Below, piece after piece: positions 45,078 to 53,592 of a stretch of 53,592 nucleotides of DNA; position 1 is the stretch's first letter, and each line of letters begins with the position of its first letter. The translations under genes and the position numbers were made by a program. Origin of the DNA: a virus. Lineage: Duplodnaviria; Caudoviricetes. The notes beneath the pieces were generated by a model that searched no databases, was not told where the DNA came from, and saw only the letters and a program-made list of their open reading frames with translations. The stretch lies in the IMG/VR virus record IMGVR_UViG_3300015171_000007, positions 1 through 53,592 of that record; one strand, written 5' to 3'.

Positions 45078-45465
45078 CGTCGACCTCTCGTTCCCGACGC
45101 AGCGGTTCCGCGACTCGGGCGCGACGCCCGACGAACTCGACGAACTCAGGCGTCAGTTCCTCCGCTCGGACGTCATCGTCCAGAAGTCGCAGGTCGAGTT
45201 TTGGGCGGGCAAGCCCGCCTCCGCTCTACGCGACTATCTCGACGCCCGGCGGGAGGTCGGCGACCTCGCGGGCGCCGCGCCGGTCGGCCTCGCCGCCACC
45301 GCGTCAGAGGGCCCGCAAGCGGGGCTATTTGGCGATTCTGGCGACCTAGACGCCGATGAGGCTGACGCGGTCGACTTGAGCGAAATCGCCGCGATAAACG
45401 ACGTTGAGACGGCGTCGGGCTCGAGCGACACCGAAGGGCCGCAAGGCGTCGCCGACGAGGCGTAG
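45070..45465 (+). CDS. hypothetical protein
   Basis: Overlapping start; acidic C-terminus. Confidence 0.55.
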   Translation: MPSVDLSFPTQRFRDSGATPDELDELRRQFLRSDVIVQKSQVEFWAGKPASALRDYLDARREVGDLAGAAPVGLAATASEGPQAGLFGDSGDLDADEADAVDLSEIAAINDVETASGSSDTEGPQGVADEA

Positions 45466-45467
45466 CC

Positions 45468-45980
45468 GTGCAACCGAGCGGCCTCCGACTTGAGACGCTC
45501 GGCCCGGCGTGCTCGGCGCTGCTACAGGAGTTCGCGTCGACGCTTAAGTCGCTCGGCGTCGACGTACCGAAGGCGGTCTACGTCGGCAGCGGCGAGATTC
45601 CGTGGGACGGCGAGTCGCTCACGCTCTACCTCGGTTCCGTCGCGCAAGGGCAACCCGGTCGACCGTTCGAGACGTCGGACATCTCGCCGTCGATGACGGT
45701 CTACACCGCGACGGTGTTCATCCAACTCCTCCGCACGGTCTCGACGTTCGGGTTCGGGGCAGGGCCGCAGCCGAACATCCCGAAGCCGTCGGTGCTCGAC
45801 CGCGAGGGGCAACGCGAACTCGACGACGTGTCGGCGCTCATCCGCGCGGCCATCGCCATCAAGAAGTCGAGTAAGCCGATTCCGCTCGGCGAGGGGTTCT
45901 CCATCGCGGGAGTCATGCCCGTCGGACCCGAGGGCGGGCTCGGCGCGACGCGGCTCCAACTCCATCTGTCGGTGTCGTGA
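45468..45980 (+). CDS. tail terminator-like protein
   Basis: IPWD and GPEGGLG motifs; position in neck module. Confidence 0.6.
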   Translation: MQPSGLRLETLGPACSALLQEFASTLKSLGVDVPKAVYVGSGEIPWDGESLTLYLGSVAQGQPGRPFETSDISPSMTVYTATVFIQLLRTVSTFGFGAGPQPNIPKPSVLDREGQRELDDVSALIRAAIAIKKSSKPIPLGEGFSIAGVMPVGPEGGLGATRLQLHLSVS

Positions 45981-46363
45981 TGGAAACGGTCAAAATCATT
46001 TGGGACGGCGCCGCGATGAAGGAACTCCTCTCGGGTCCGCTCGGCCCGGTCTCGAGGTACATGGAGACGCGCGCGGCCATCGTTACGCTCGCGGCGAAGC
46101 GTCAATGCAACTGGCGCACCGGCAAACTCAGCAGGTCCATCGTGCAGCGCCGCGCGTTCGGCTCGCATGGGCTCGAGGTGTTCGTCGGGGCGTACCAGCC
46201 CTACGCGCTCTACGTCCACAACGGCACGAGGCCGCACGACATCCCTAACGCGTTCGGGTGGGGTCCGACGTTCGGCATTGGTGGCCGGTTCGACGGCTAC
46301 TTCCACCCGGGCTACGTCGGCAACCCATTCCTCACCGATAACCTGAAACTCTTTTTCGCATGA
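45977..46363 (+). CDS. HK97 gp10-like tail completion protein
   Basis: RTGKLSRSI, YALYVHNGT, HPG and NPFL motifs. Confidence 0.75.
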   Translation: MMETVKIIWDGAAMKELLSGPLGPVSRYMETRAAIVTLAAKRQCNWRTGKLSRSIVQRRAFGSHGLEVFVGAYQPYALYVHNGTRPHDIPNAFGWGPTFGIGGRFDGYFHPGYVGNPFLTDNLKLFFA

Positions 46364-46408
46364 AGCGCGATGTAATCTCTCCTCAACCATGCAACGAGAG
46401 GACCACCA

Positions 46409-46885
46409 ATGGAACTAGCGCCGATAGGTCGCCTCGAGGACCCGAGTGTTCTCGACGTCGACGAGGACGAGATGCTGACGATTCCGATTGTCGGCTACAC
46501 GGAACCGAGGCTCGACGAGGACGGCAAGCGGACACCCCGCCGCGAGGTCGAGACGAGGATTCGATTCGTGCCGAGCGTGCCAGCGGGCGCGACGGTCGGT
46601 CTTACTCGAGCGATGAACGACAAGGGGGACATCGTCGGCGGCGCGGCGGTGCGCTACCTCGACCGATGCGTCTACTTCGAGGACCGCGAGAAATGGGACG
46701 CGATATTCGCCGACCCCGACCTGTTCGTCGAGCAGTCGACGCTCGTCGCGGTCTACAAGGCGCTCGAGGAGTTCTACGGTGGACGCCCTACACGGCGCTC
46801 CTCTGGCTCGCGACGTGGGCCGAGTCCCACGAAGCGGACCTCCGGGGGCGCTGCACCCGCGAGAAAGTCGTCGTCGAAGAACTAA
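46409..46885 (+). CDS. tail assembly chaperone
   Basis: Upstream of tape measure; ends RPT plus a low-complexity tail. Confidence 0.7.
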   Translation: MELAPIGRLEDPSVLDVDEDEMLTIPIVGYTEPRLDEDGKRTPRREVETRIRFVPSVPAGATVGLTRAMNDKGDIVGGAAVRYLDRCVYFEDREKWDAIFADPDLFVEQSTLVAVYKALEEFYGGRPTRRSSGSRRGPSPTKRTSGGAAPARKSSSKN

Positions 46886-47142
46886 CGATGCGGGAGTGGC
46901 TCGACGTCGTCGAGTCATTCTGGATTGACGACCTCACCGGAGGGTTCGCGACGCGCGCCGAGGCGTGGACGCACTTACAGGAACTCATGACGCGGCCGAT
47001 GTTTCTCGACTCCGATGACGGCCGCGAGTGGGCTCGCGAGAAGTACGAGAAGGAGAGGGCCGAGTTCGGTCACTCGCCCGAGGCCATCGCCGCGCAGCAG
47101 CAACTCGTCGCCTCGCCGTTCAACGTCGGGCCGGTGGTGTAA
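46786..47142 (+). CDS. tail assembly chaperone, -1 frame extension
   Basis: -1 frame has typical codon usage from CCC TAC (46786); first ATG only at 46888. Confidence 0.55.
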   Translation, partial: PYTALLWLATWAESHEADLRGRCTREKVVVEELTMREWLDVVESFWIDDLTGGFATRAEAWTHLQELMTRPMFLDSDDGREWAREKYEKERAEFGHSPEAIAAQQQLVASPFNVGPVV

Positions 47143-50100
47143 TGGCAGTCCTCGTCGGAGAAGCCGAAATCGTATTCCGCGCGAACACGGCGGCGCTCGA
47201 CGCGCAACTCGCCGGGCTGTCGAGCCAGAGCGCGCTCGCGGGCGGCGGACTTACCCGCCAGATGGACAAGGTCGGCACCGAGGCGGGCAGCGCGCTCTCG
47301 AGCGGCATAGGCACCGGGGCACGCACCGCGACCGCCGAGGTCCAGCGCGAGACCGGCAAGATGAAGTCGGCGTTCAGTGACCTCCATAACAAAGCGGCGA
47401 GTTCGCTCGCCGGATTCGGGATTCCTCCCTCGATGCTTACCGGCACGAACATCCTCGCGGTCTCAATCGCGGCCGTCGGCGTCGCCGCATTAGGCGCGGG
47501 CGCGAAGTTCGAGTCGGCAAAGGTCGCCATCGTCAACTCCGAGCAGATAACGCAGGCCGCCGCGAACGCCGTCGGCGCCGCGATGCTCAAGACGAGCGGG
47601 CAGGTCGAGTTCTCCGCGAATCAGCAGGCCGCCGCGTTCGCGATGGTCGCCGGGTCGCTCCGCACGACCGAGGGCCGCGCGCTCTCGACCGCGCAGACGA
47701 TGACTGTGATGCGAGCGGCGATGGACCTAGCGACCGCCACGGGCAACGACCTCGGGACGTCGACGCAGACCCTCGCGGGAATCATGCAGGCGTTCCAGAT
47801 TCCCGTAAAGGACGCCGCCGCCGCCGCGAACATTCTCTACGGCGCGGCGCGTGCGACGGGTCAGGGCATCGACCAAGTCGCGAACAGCGTCGAGCGGATT
47901 CGCGGCAAGTTAGGCGTGCTCGCTCCGTCGTTCAAGGACGTCGCGACGCTCATGGTTGACCTCACGAAGAACGGCATCACCGGCAGGGCGTCGATGTCGG
48001 CGCTCAACGCGTCGTTCACCGCGCTCGCCGGGGCGTCGACGGCGATGACCAAGAGCGGCATCAAGTCGAAGGAGACGCTCGCGCTCCACGGCATCGCGGC
48101 GACCGACTCGCACGGCAAGGTCGTCGCGCTCAAGACCGTCATCGAGAAACTCGCACCGGCCTACGCAACGATGACTCAGCAGGAACAACTCGCGACCTCG
48201 ACGGCCATCTTCGGCGCGTCGGCGGCGCGTCAGATGACGCAGGTTATCGACACGGGTACAAAGGCGTGGAACACCGCGACCAACGCCGTCGCCAAGCACA
48301 ACGCCGTGCAGAAGGCCGCGCACCTCGCGGGCGAGACGCTCTCGGGGACATGGAAGAAACTCAAGTCGTCGGTCTCGAACATGCTCGTCAACATTTCGAC
48401 GGGGCTCCTCCCGGTCATGAAGGACGTCGAGAAGGTACTCGTCGTGCTCGCGCCCATCGTCGGCGTCGTGCTCGCGGATGCGTTCAAGGTGCTCGAGGTG
48501 ACCATCGGCACTATCGGGAAGGTCGGCGTCGACGTGTTCAAGTGGTTTAAGCAAATGAGCACGCTCTCCATAGTGGTAGCCGGGGCTATTACGACGCTTC
48601 TCATCCCGGCGTTCGTCAACCTCGGTCGACAGGCCGTCCTCTCGCTCGGCAAGATGCTCGTGTCGGCGGTCGGGTGGGCGGCGGGCACAGCGGGCTCTAT
48701 CTACGGCACGGTGAGGCGATGGGTCACCGGACAGAGCGCGATGGACGCGGCCGCGTCCTCGAGCGCCGGGCTCATCTCGGCGGCGAACGATTCCGTCATC
48801 GCGTCGCTGGTCGAGGTCGACGCCGCACTACAGACGACGCTTATCGCAGCGCAGGAGGCCGGTCTCGGCATCGGTGGAAGCATGACCGAGGCCGCCGCCG
48901 CCGTTACTGCCGCGTCGACCGATATTAGATTTCAGTTAACCGCCATCGACGGCTCTCTGGTCGGGCTCGGCGCATCGGCGGCGACGGGCGCGGCGGCGAC
49001 CGACGCTGCCATCGTCACCGTCGGCGCAACGGCGACCGAGACGGCCGTAGTCGTGGAAAGCGCGGCCGCGTTGATGGGAGAAGCGTTTATGGCGCTGCTC
49101 GGCCCCATTGGAATCGCGGCGGCGGCGGTTCTTCTGTTCCACAATCAGATAGTCAGCCTCGGTAATCGTTTGCAGTCGTGGCTGAACATCGGACCGACTC
49201 GAGTGGTGGCATCGTCGGTCGCCGGTAGTGGCCTTAAGGCATACCTCAAGAGCATCGGCCAGTGGGACAACTATCAGAAGATGGAAGGGCTCCAACGTAT
49301 CGGCGACTACGGCGCGGTCACTGACCTCGGGAAGCGGATTGCGGACGCTGAGGCGAAGGCAGCGAAGTACTCGGGTCACGAGGCTCGACCGGGCGCGGCT
49401 CCGGCGGGCGGCGTCAAACTCACACCGGCCGAGCAGATTCAAGCGAACCTCAACGCGCAACTCAAGAACATGACCGACCAGTTCAAAGCCATCCCGACCG
49501 AGACGAAGGCGGCGAAGTCTCACGCCGGGAGCGCGGCGGCGAAGGCCGCGACAAAGGCCGCTCACGACCAGAACACGCAGGCGAGCGAAATCGTCGCGGC
49601 CATCCATCTCCCTCTCGCGCAGGGCGTCGACCAACTCCGTCGACTCGGCGTACCGGCGTCGCGCGCGAGCGAGGTTCTCAAGGACGCGGTCGAGCCGTTC
49701 AACAAGGCCGTCACCGCTCTCGAGAAGGCCGGGTTCAGCGCGGCGAACGCCGTCAAGATAGCCGACGCCGGTCGCCTCGAGGTCGAGAAAGAGGCGAAGG
49801 CCGCCGCCGCCGCCGCGAAGAAGGCCGCGACCAACGCGACGAAGGCCATCACGAACACCGCGAACAGCATGTGGACCGCGATGGACGCGGCGCTCTACAA
49901 CGAACTCATCCTCAATCAGGGCGCGGCCGGTCAAGCCGCGCGCGCCGGTCAGTCGAACGTCACGCTCGGCCAGTTCGCGGGCGCGGTCCCGATGCCCGTC
50001 TCGACCAAGTCGACGTCGGGCGCGGCGTCGTTCGCCTCGACGACCTCGGTGACCCCGACGGCGTCGACCGGCCCGGCGAGTATCGTCATCTCCCCGGGCG

Positions 50101-50228
50101 CGGTCGTCGTCACCATCGGACCGGGCAACGACGAGAAGGCAATAACCCGCGCCATCAACGAGGCGCTCCGCCAACTCACGAGCGAGTTGAAGTCGGGCGT
50201 CGCACAACTCGGAGTGAACCACGTATGA
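47142..50228 (+). CDS. tape measure protein
   Basis: 1028 aa, Ala-rich helical, TP901-like core (AMDLATATG.DL, IFG). Confidence 0.9.
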   Translation: MAVLVGEAEIVFRANTAALDAQLAGLSSQSALAGGGLTRQMDKVGTEAGSALSSGIGTGARTATAEVQRETGKMKSAFSDLHNKAASSLAGFGIPPSMLTGTNILAVSIAAVGVAALGAGAKFESAKVAIVNSEQITQAAANAVGAAMLKTSGQVEFSANQQAAAFAMVAGSLRTTEGRALSTAQTMTVMRAAMDLATATGNDLGTSTQTLAGIMQAFQIPVKDAAAAANILYGAARATGQGIDQVANSVERIRGKLGVLAPSFKDVATLMVDLTKNGITGRASMSALNASFTALAGASTAMTKSGIKSKETLALHGIAATDSHGKVVALKTVIEKLAPAYATMTQQEQLATSTAIFGASAARQMTQVIDTGTKAWNTATNAVAKHNAVQKAAHLAGETLSGTWKKLKSSVSNMLVNISTGLLPVMKDVEKVLVVLAPIVGVVLADAFKVLEVTIGTIGKVGVDVFKWFKQMSTLSIVVAGAITTLLIPAFVNLGRQAVLSLGKMLVSAVGWAAGTAGSIYGTVRRWVTGQSAMDAAASSSAGLISAANDSVIASLVEVDAALQTTLIAAQEAGLGIGGSMTEAAAAVTAASTDIRFQLTAIDGSLVGLGASAATGAAATDAAIVTVGATATETAVVVESAAALMGEAFMALLGPIGIAAAAVLLFHNQIVSLGNRLQSWLNIGPTRVVASSVAGSGLKAYLKSIGQWDNYQKMEGLQRIGDYGAVTDLGKRIADAEAKAAKYSGHEARPGAAPAGGVKLTPAEQIQANLNAQLKNMTDQFKAIPTETKAAKSHAGSAAAKAATKAAHDQNTQASEIVAAIHLPLAQGVDQLRRLGVPASRASEVLKDAVEPFNKAVTALEKAGFSAANAVKIADAGRLEVEKEAKAAAAAAKKAATNATKAITNTANSMWTAMDAALYNELILNQGAAGQAARAGQSNVTLGQFAGAVPMPVSTKSTSGAASFASTTSVTPTASTGPASIVISPGAVVVTIGPGNDEKAITRAINEALRQLTSELKSGVAQLGVNHV

Positions 50229-50596
50229 CCGACTACGCCACGCTCTCGGACGGAACGCACACCGCGACCTTCATCATGGATAAGGACTGGCGACCGGCGA
50301 TAGAGGAGGTCGGCGCGAAGCACTCGCCGCTCGGCTACCCGTTCTTCGTGAAGTCGACGGGAGGCACGAAGGGCGTCGGCGGCTCGTTCGACATCGTCAG
50401 CGACAACGATACGGACACCGCGACCGTCATCACTATCCTTAAGGGGACCGGCCAACTCACGCTCACGCTGCCGAACGGCGACTCGTACGCCATCACGCTC
50501 GACCCCGCGACCCCGCGAACAGGCTCCAAGCAGTTCTCGTTGATGCTCTGGTTCCCCGTCATGGTGTGGACGGTCAGTTACTTTCAGGTGGCCTAG
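50225..50596 (+). CDS. distal tail-like protein
   Basis: Directly after tape measure, ATGA coupled. Confidence 0.55.
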   Translation: MTDYATLSDGTHTATFIMDKDWRPAIEEVGAKHSPLGYPFFVKSTGGTKGVGGSFDIVSDNDTDTATVITILKGTGQLTLTLPNGDSYAITLDPATPRTGSKQFSLMLWFPVMVWTVSYFQVA

Positions 50597-52563
50597 TGAC
50601 GCTCGCTCTTGATGGCACGGCGACAGGACAAATGGAAAGTGGGGTGGTACTGACCACGGACCCGCTTACGACGTCGCACACCAATGACGTCATTGTGGTC
50701 TGCGCGGGATGCGAGACAACAATAGGACCGGCACCAGCAATCAGTTCAGTCACCGCGACTGGCCTGACGTTCACTCTCCGAAAAGTTTTTTCCAATGGCT
50801 CGCTTCAATCACAAGAAGAATGGTACGCAATCGCTACTGCGACATTCAGCGGAGTCATCACCGTCACCTATGCGACCTCAGTCGACGATGCGGCAGCCGT
50901 CGCGTTCGCGGTGAATGGCGCTGACGTCGCCTCTCCGTGGGATGGAAATACATCGATGCCTACGACTTCGGCGGGAGCACTCCATGCTGTCATCTCGACA
51001 ACCTCGCCTGATGCGTTCGTGTTTTGTTTCGCGGCAAACCCGTTCGGGAACGCCGCGAGTGCGCCGTTCCCGAGTCCGAGCGCGCTCGTCGCCTCCAGAC
51101 TGAACAATGGCGGGGTGAACTTCGAGTTCATCTACGTCGCCGGGGCAGTCGTTTCGACATCACAGGCAGCGGTTGATTGGGGCTTTGGTACTGGTGACGC
51201 ACCCGGCACCTACATCATCATCGACGCAATCGTTGCGTCGCCACCCCCGCCGCCAGTCGCCGGTCATTTCGGACAACTCTATGGAGCAGCGATTGATGGA
51301 GTTTCGATTGCCAACTGGTTACTCGCCTACGAGCAGACGGTCCTCAAGGAGGACTGCTACGCCGAGATATGGTCAGGCATGTCACCTGACTCAAGCGGAG
51401 CGTTCAATAACGTCTTGCTCGTCGGTGGTTTGAAGGTCACGGGCGGCACAGTGACAATTGACCGTAACAATGCAATTCGCCGCTCGGCGACGAACGTGAC
51501 GCTGCTACCTGACGCGGGCGGCGTGCTCTTGCCGGTCGTCGGCGGCGGCGGCGACTACGCGCCATTCGGTCAGGAGATGCGGATTTTCAAGGGCTACAAT
51601 GACGGCACCGGGAGTCACTACGCGAAACTCGGCACTTTTCTCATCTCCGACGTCGATGTTGTGAATGATGCAACTGGCGTCACACTCGTTGGCACGATGT
51701 ATGACCGGGGCGAATGGGTAGCCCGTAGAGGGTTCGTCGCGCCACTGCAAGTCGGCTATGTCGATGGTGACATGACGACCTACACGACTGACCAAGTTAT
51801 CGGGCTGCTGCTGCTGTTTTGCTGTGGGACGACTGCACTGCCCTTCACCTATACGGTTAACCCGAGCATCGTGTTCAACGTTCCCTCGTCACAGACCTAC
51901 AACATCAATCAAGACCCGTGGGCGGCGTGTCAGTCTCTTGCGGCGGCCGAGGCGTGTCAACTCTATTTCGACTACAACGGCGACCTCCAACTCACGGTCA
52001 TACCGTCCTCCACCGACCCGATTCTTCCGGTGACCGTCGGCTCGTGCGCGACCTACGACGAGGGCACCATCGTCGCTCCGACGAGTATTCATCGGCTTCT
52101 CTCGAACACCAACATCCCGAACGTCATCGTCGCTACGTCGCAAGGCTCCAACGTCCTCTCGCCGCAGCAATGCTTCTGGTGGGAGTCGGACGCAACCCTC
52201 AAGACCTACTACGCTCCGCCGCCTCCCAGCCACTGGCTGCTGCCGGTGTTCACGTTGCCGCCGCTGGCGTCGGGCTCGTCGTACCCGATGAATGTCCGCT
52301 CGCTTAACCAAAGCGTGTTCAACGACCCCGTTGGTTATCAGGCGAACATTATGGCGTTCCGCGCGGGTACGCTCGCGACCGGCTCGCTCGAGCAAACGAC
52401 CATCACGCTGCGCGACCAACCCGCGCATGACATAGATGACGTGGTAACGCTTAGGCGCGTCGTCGCGGGAATCACGACGCTCACCGATTACGTCGTTGAC
52501 CATGTTCAGATTGCTCTCGACCCGGTGACCCCGGCGCAGTTGACCTGTCGGGTGAAGTCATGA
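50596..52563 (+). CDS. minor tail/baseplate hub protein with extra N-terminal domain
   Basis: GGTVTIDR...RR, PFG.E, LGTF.I and YFD..G motifs after a PPPPP linker. Confidence 0.7.
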   Translation: MTLALDGTATGQMESGVVLTTDPLTTSHTNDVIVVCAGCETTIGPAPAISSVTATGLTFTLRKVFSNGSLQSQEEWYAIATATFSGVITVTYATSVDDAAAVAFAVNGADVASPWDGNTSMPTTSAGALHAVISTTSPDAFVFCFAANPFGNAASAPFPSPSALVASRLNNGGVNFEFIYVAGAVVSTSQAAVDWGFGTGDAPGTYIIIDAIVASPPPPPVAGHFGQLYGAAIDGVSIANWLLAYEQTVLKEDCYAEIWSGMSPDSSGAFNNVLLVGGLKVTGGTVTIDRNNAIRRSATNVTLLPDAGGVLLPVVGGGGDYAPFGQEMRIFKGYNDGTGSHYAKLGTFLISDVDVVNDATGVTLVGTMYDRGEWVARRGFVAPLQVGYVDGDMTTYTTDQVIGLLLLFCCGTTALPFTYTVNPSIVFNVPSSQTYNINQDPWAACQSLAAAEACQLYFDYNGDLQLTVIPSSTDPILPVTVGSCATYDEGTIVAPTSIHRLLSNTNIPNVIVATSQGSNVLSPQQCFWWESDATLKTYYAPPPPSHWLLPVFTLPPLASGSSYPMNVRSLNQSVFNDPVGYQANIMAFRAGTLATGSLEQTTITLRDQPAHDIDDVVTLRRVVAGITTLTDYVVDHVQIALDPVTPAQLTCRVKS

Positions 52564-53231
52564 GCGGTATCGACCCGAGCACCCACCGCATTATCCGTAA
52601 GTTGGCTGATTCGATGGTCCACGAATCGAACAAGCCGATTCCCAGTGTGTCCAAACTTGAGTCAGTGTGGGGAATTGTTGACTCGATTCAGGCGGGGCCA
52701 CCGAAGTCGCTGAGCGTCTTTCTCGGCGGCTCTACGTTCACGCTCGACCCGGTGACTCATCGCCCAGTCGCAGGCTCGATTCGTGGCATTAAGTTCATCG
52801 CGTCGTACACGCCCGCCGTCGGCGACACCGTGTTTGGGATGCGCACGGGCACGAACATCTCCGACGTGGTGATTCTCGGCGCGATGGCTGGAGCGGCAGA
52901 TAGTGGAGTGCCGGGGCAGGTCGCATGGGCGATAGACGGTCCGCTCGCAGTCCCGCACGACTTCCCCGGCGGGTTCATCTACGTTCCAGTAGGTGCAACG
53001 GTCAAACTCATGCTCGGTTTCGGACAGGTTCAGAGCGGTTCGGTGAACATCACCATTAAGGACAACGGAGTCGCCATCCCAGGACTGACGTCAATCACAG
53101 TGACCACCACTGCGGCTCCGCACACTATGACGTCACCGCACAAGTTCACCGCGAATCGCCTTCTGACCCTCAGCACAAACTCCGGAGCGGCGACAGGGCT
53201 CTCTTTCTCCGCTTACACGTCGGCGGCTTAG
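52560..53231 (+). CDS. minor tail protein
   Basis: SYTPAVGDTV...VILG OB-fold-like motif; position in tail module. Confidence 0.6.
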   Translation: MSGIDPSTHRIIRKLADSMVHESNKPIPSVSKLESVWGIVDSIQAGPPKSLSVFLGGSTFTLDPVTHRPVAGSIRGIKFIASYTPAVGDTVFGMRTGTNISDVVILGAMAGAADSGVPGQVAWAIDGPLAVPHDFPGGFIYVPVGATVKLMLGFGQVQSGSVNITIKDNGVAIPGLTSITVTTTAAPHTMTSPHKFTANRLLTLSTNSGAATGLSFSAYTSAA

Positions 53232-53355
53232 GAACGGCAGGGATGATGACGACTGCCTTCACCGCCGTTCCTGACGGCGTGACATTTAATTTCGTCTTTG
53301 AGTTAACGCCATGAGTTATAGAGCGACGGGAATGACTGACGATGGGGGCTGGTAG

Positions 53356-53592
53356 ATGACGTACGCCTACGTTGTCAACGACTTCGACAACACCGTCACC
53401 AAGATTGACCTCTCGACCTTCGCAACCGTCGGCTCTGCACTTGCAGTGGGGGCCAGCCCCTTCTCCATCGCTATCGACCCCACCGGCACCTACGCCTACG
53501 TCGCGAACCTCACCGGCAGCACCGTCACCAAGATAAATCTCTCGACCTTTACCACGGTCGGCGCTGCACTTGCGGTCGGGGCGAACCCCATC
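53356..53592 (+). CDS. YVTN-type beta-propeller repeat protein, N-terminal part (3' truncated)
   Basis: MTYAYVVNDFDNTVTKIDLSTFATVGSALAVGASPFSIAIDPTGTYAYVANL...; same repeat as 2..292. Confidence 0.85.
   Translation, partial: MTYAYVVNDFDNTVTKIDLSTFATVGSALAVGASPFSIAIDPTGTYAYVANLTGSTVTKINLSTFTTVGAALAVGANPI

Overview
The window appears to be a near-complete genome (~53.6 kb, high GC) of a long-tailed dsDNA phage. An actinobacterial host is inferred from GC content, apparently leaderless TANNNT promoters and a head module organised like that of cluster-B mycobacteriophages. All credible genes are on the + strand. Both ends fall inside one YVTN beta-propeller repeat gene, suggesting a circularly permuted genome broken at that repeat. 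Gene order: lysis/peptidase module, tRNA-Met(CAT), exonuclease and Gp3-like annealing protein, replication initiator with internal iterons, small early genes, ParB-N/DNA methyltransferase, terminase, accessory virion genes, portal-MuF-ADP-ribosyltransferase fusion, secreted Rpf-like protein, prohead protease, a 1585-aa tandem-repeat protein, two capsid proteins, tail genes. I saw no integrase, DNA polymerase or reverse transcriptase. The most interesting signals are non-coding: (1) a structured RNA behind the tRNA that is complementary to a (C)TTGGACA+RBS motif in front of four early genes, (2) a type II hammerhead ribozyme with pseudoknot, (3) a chromosomal-type parS site, (4) a palindromic operator over early promoters, (5) a dispersed 15-30 bp motif inside genes, and (6) strong GATC/AGCT avoidance. 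All product calls come from motif recognition by eye, not database searches.
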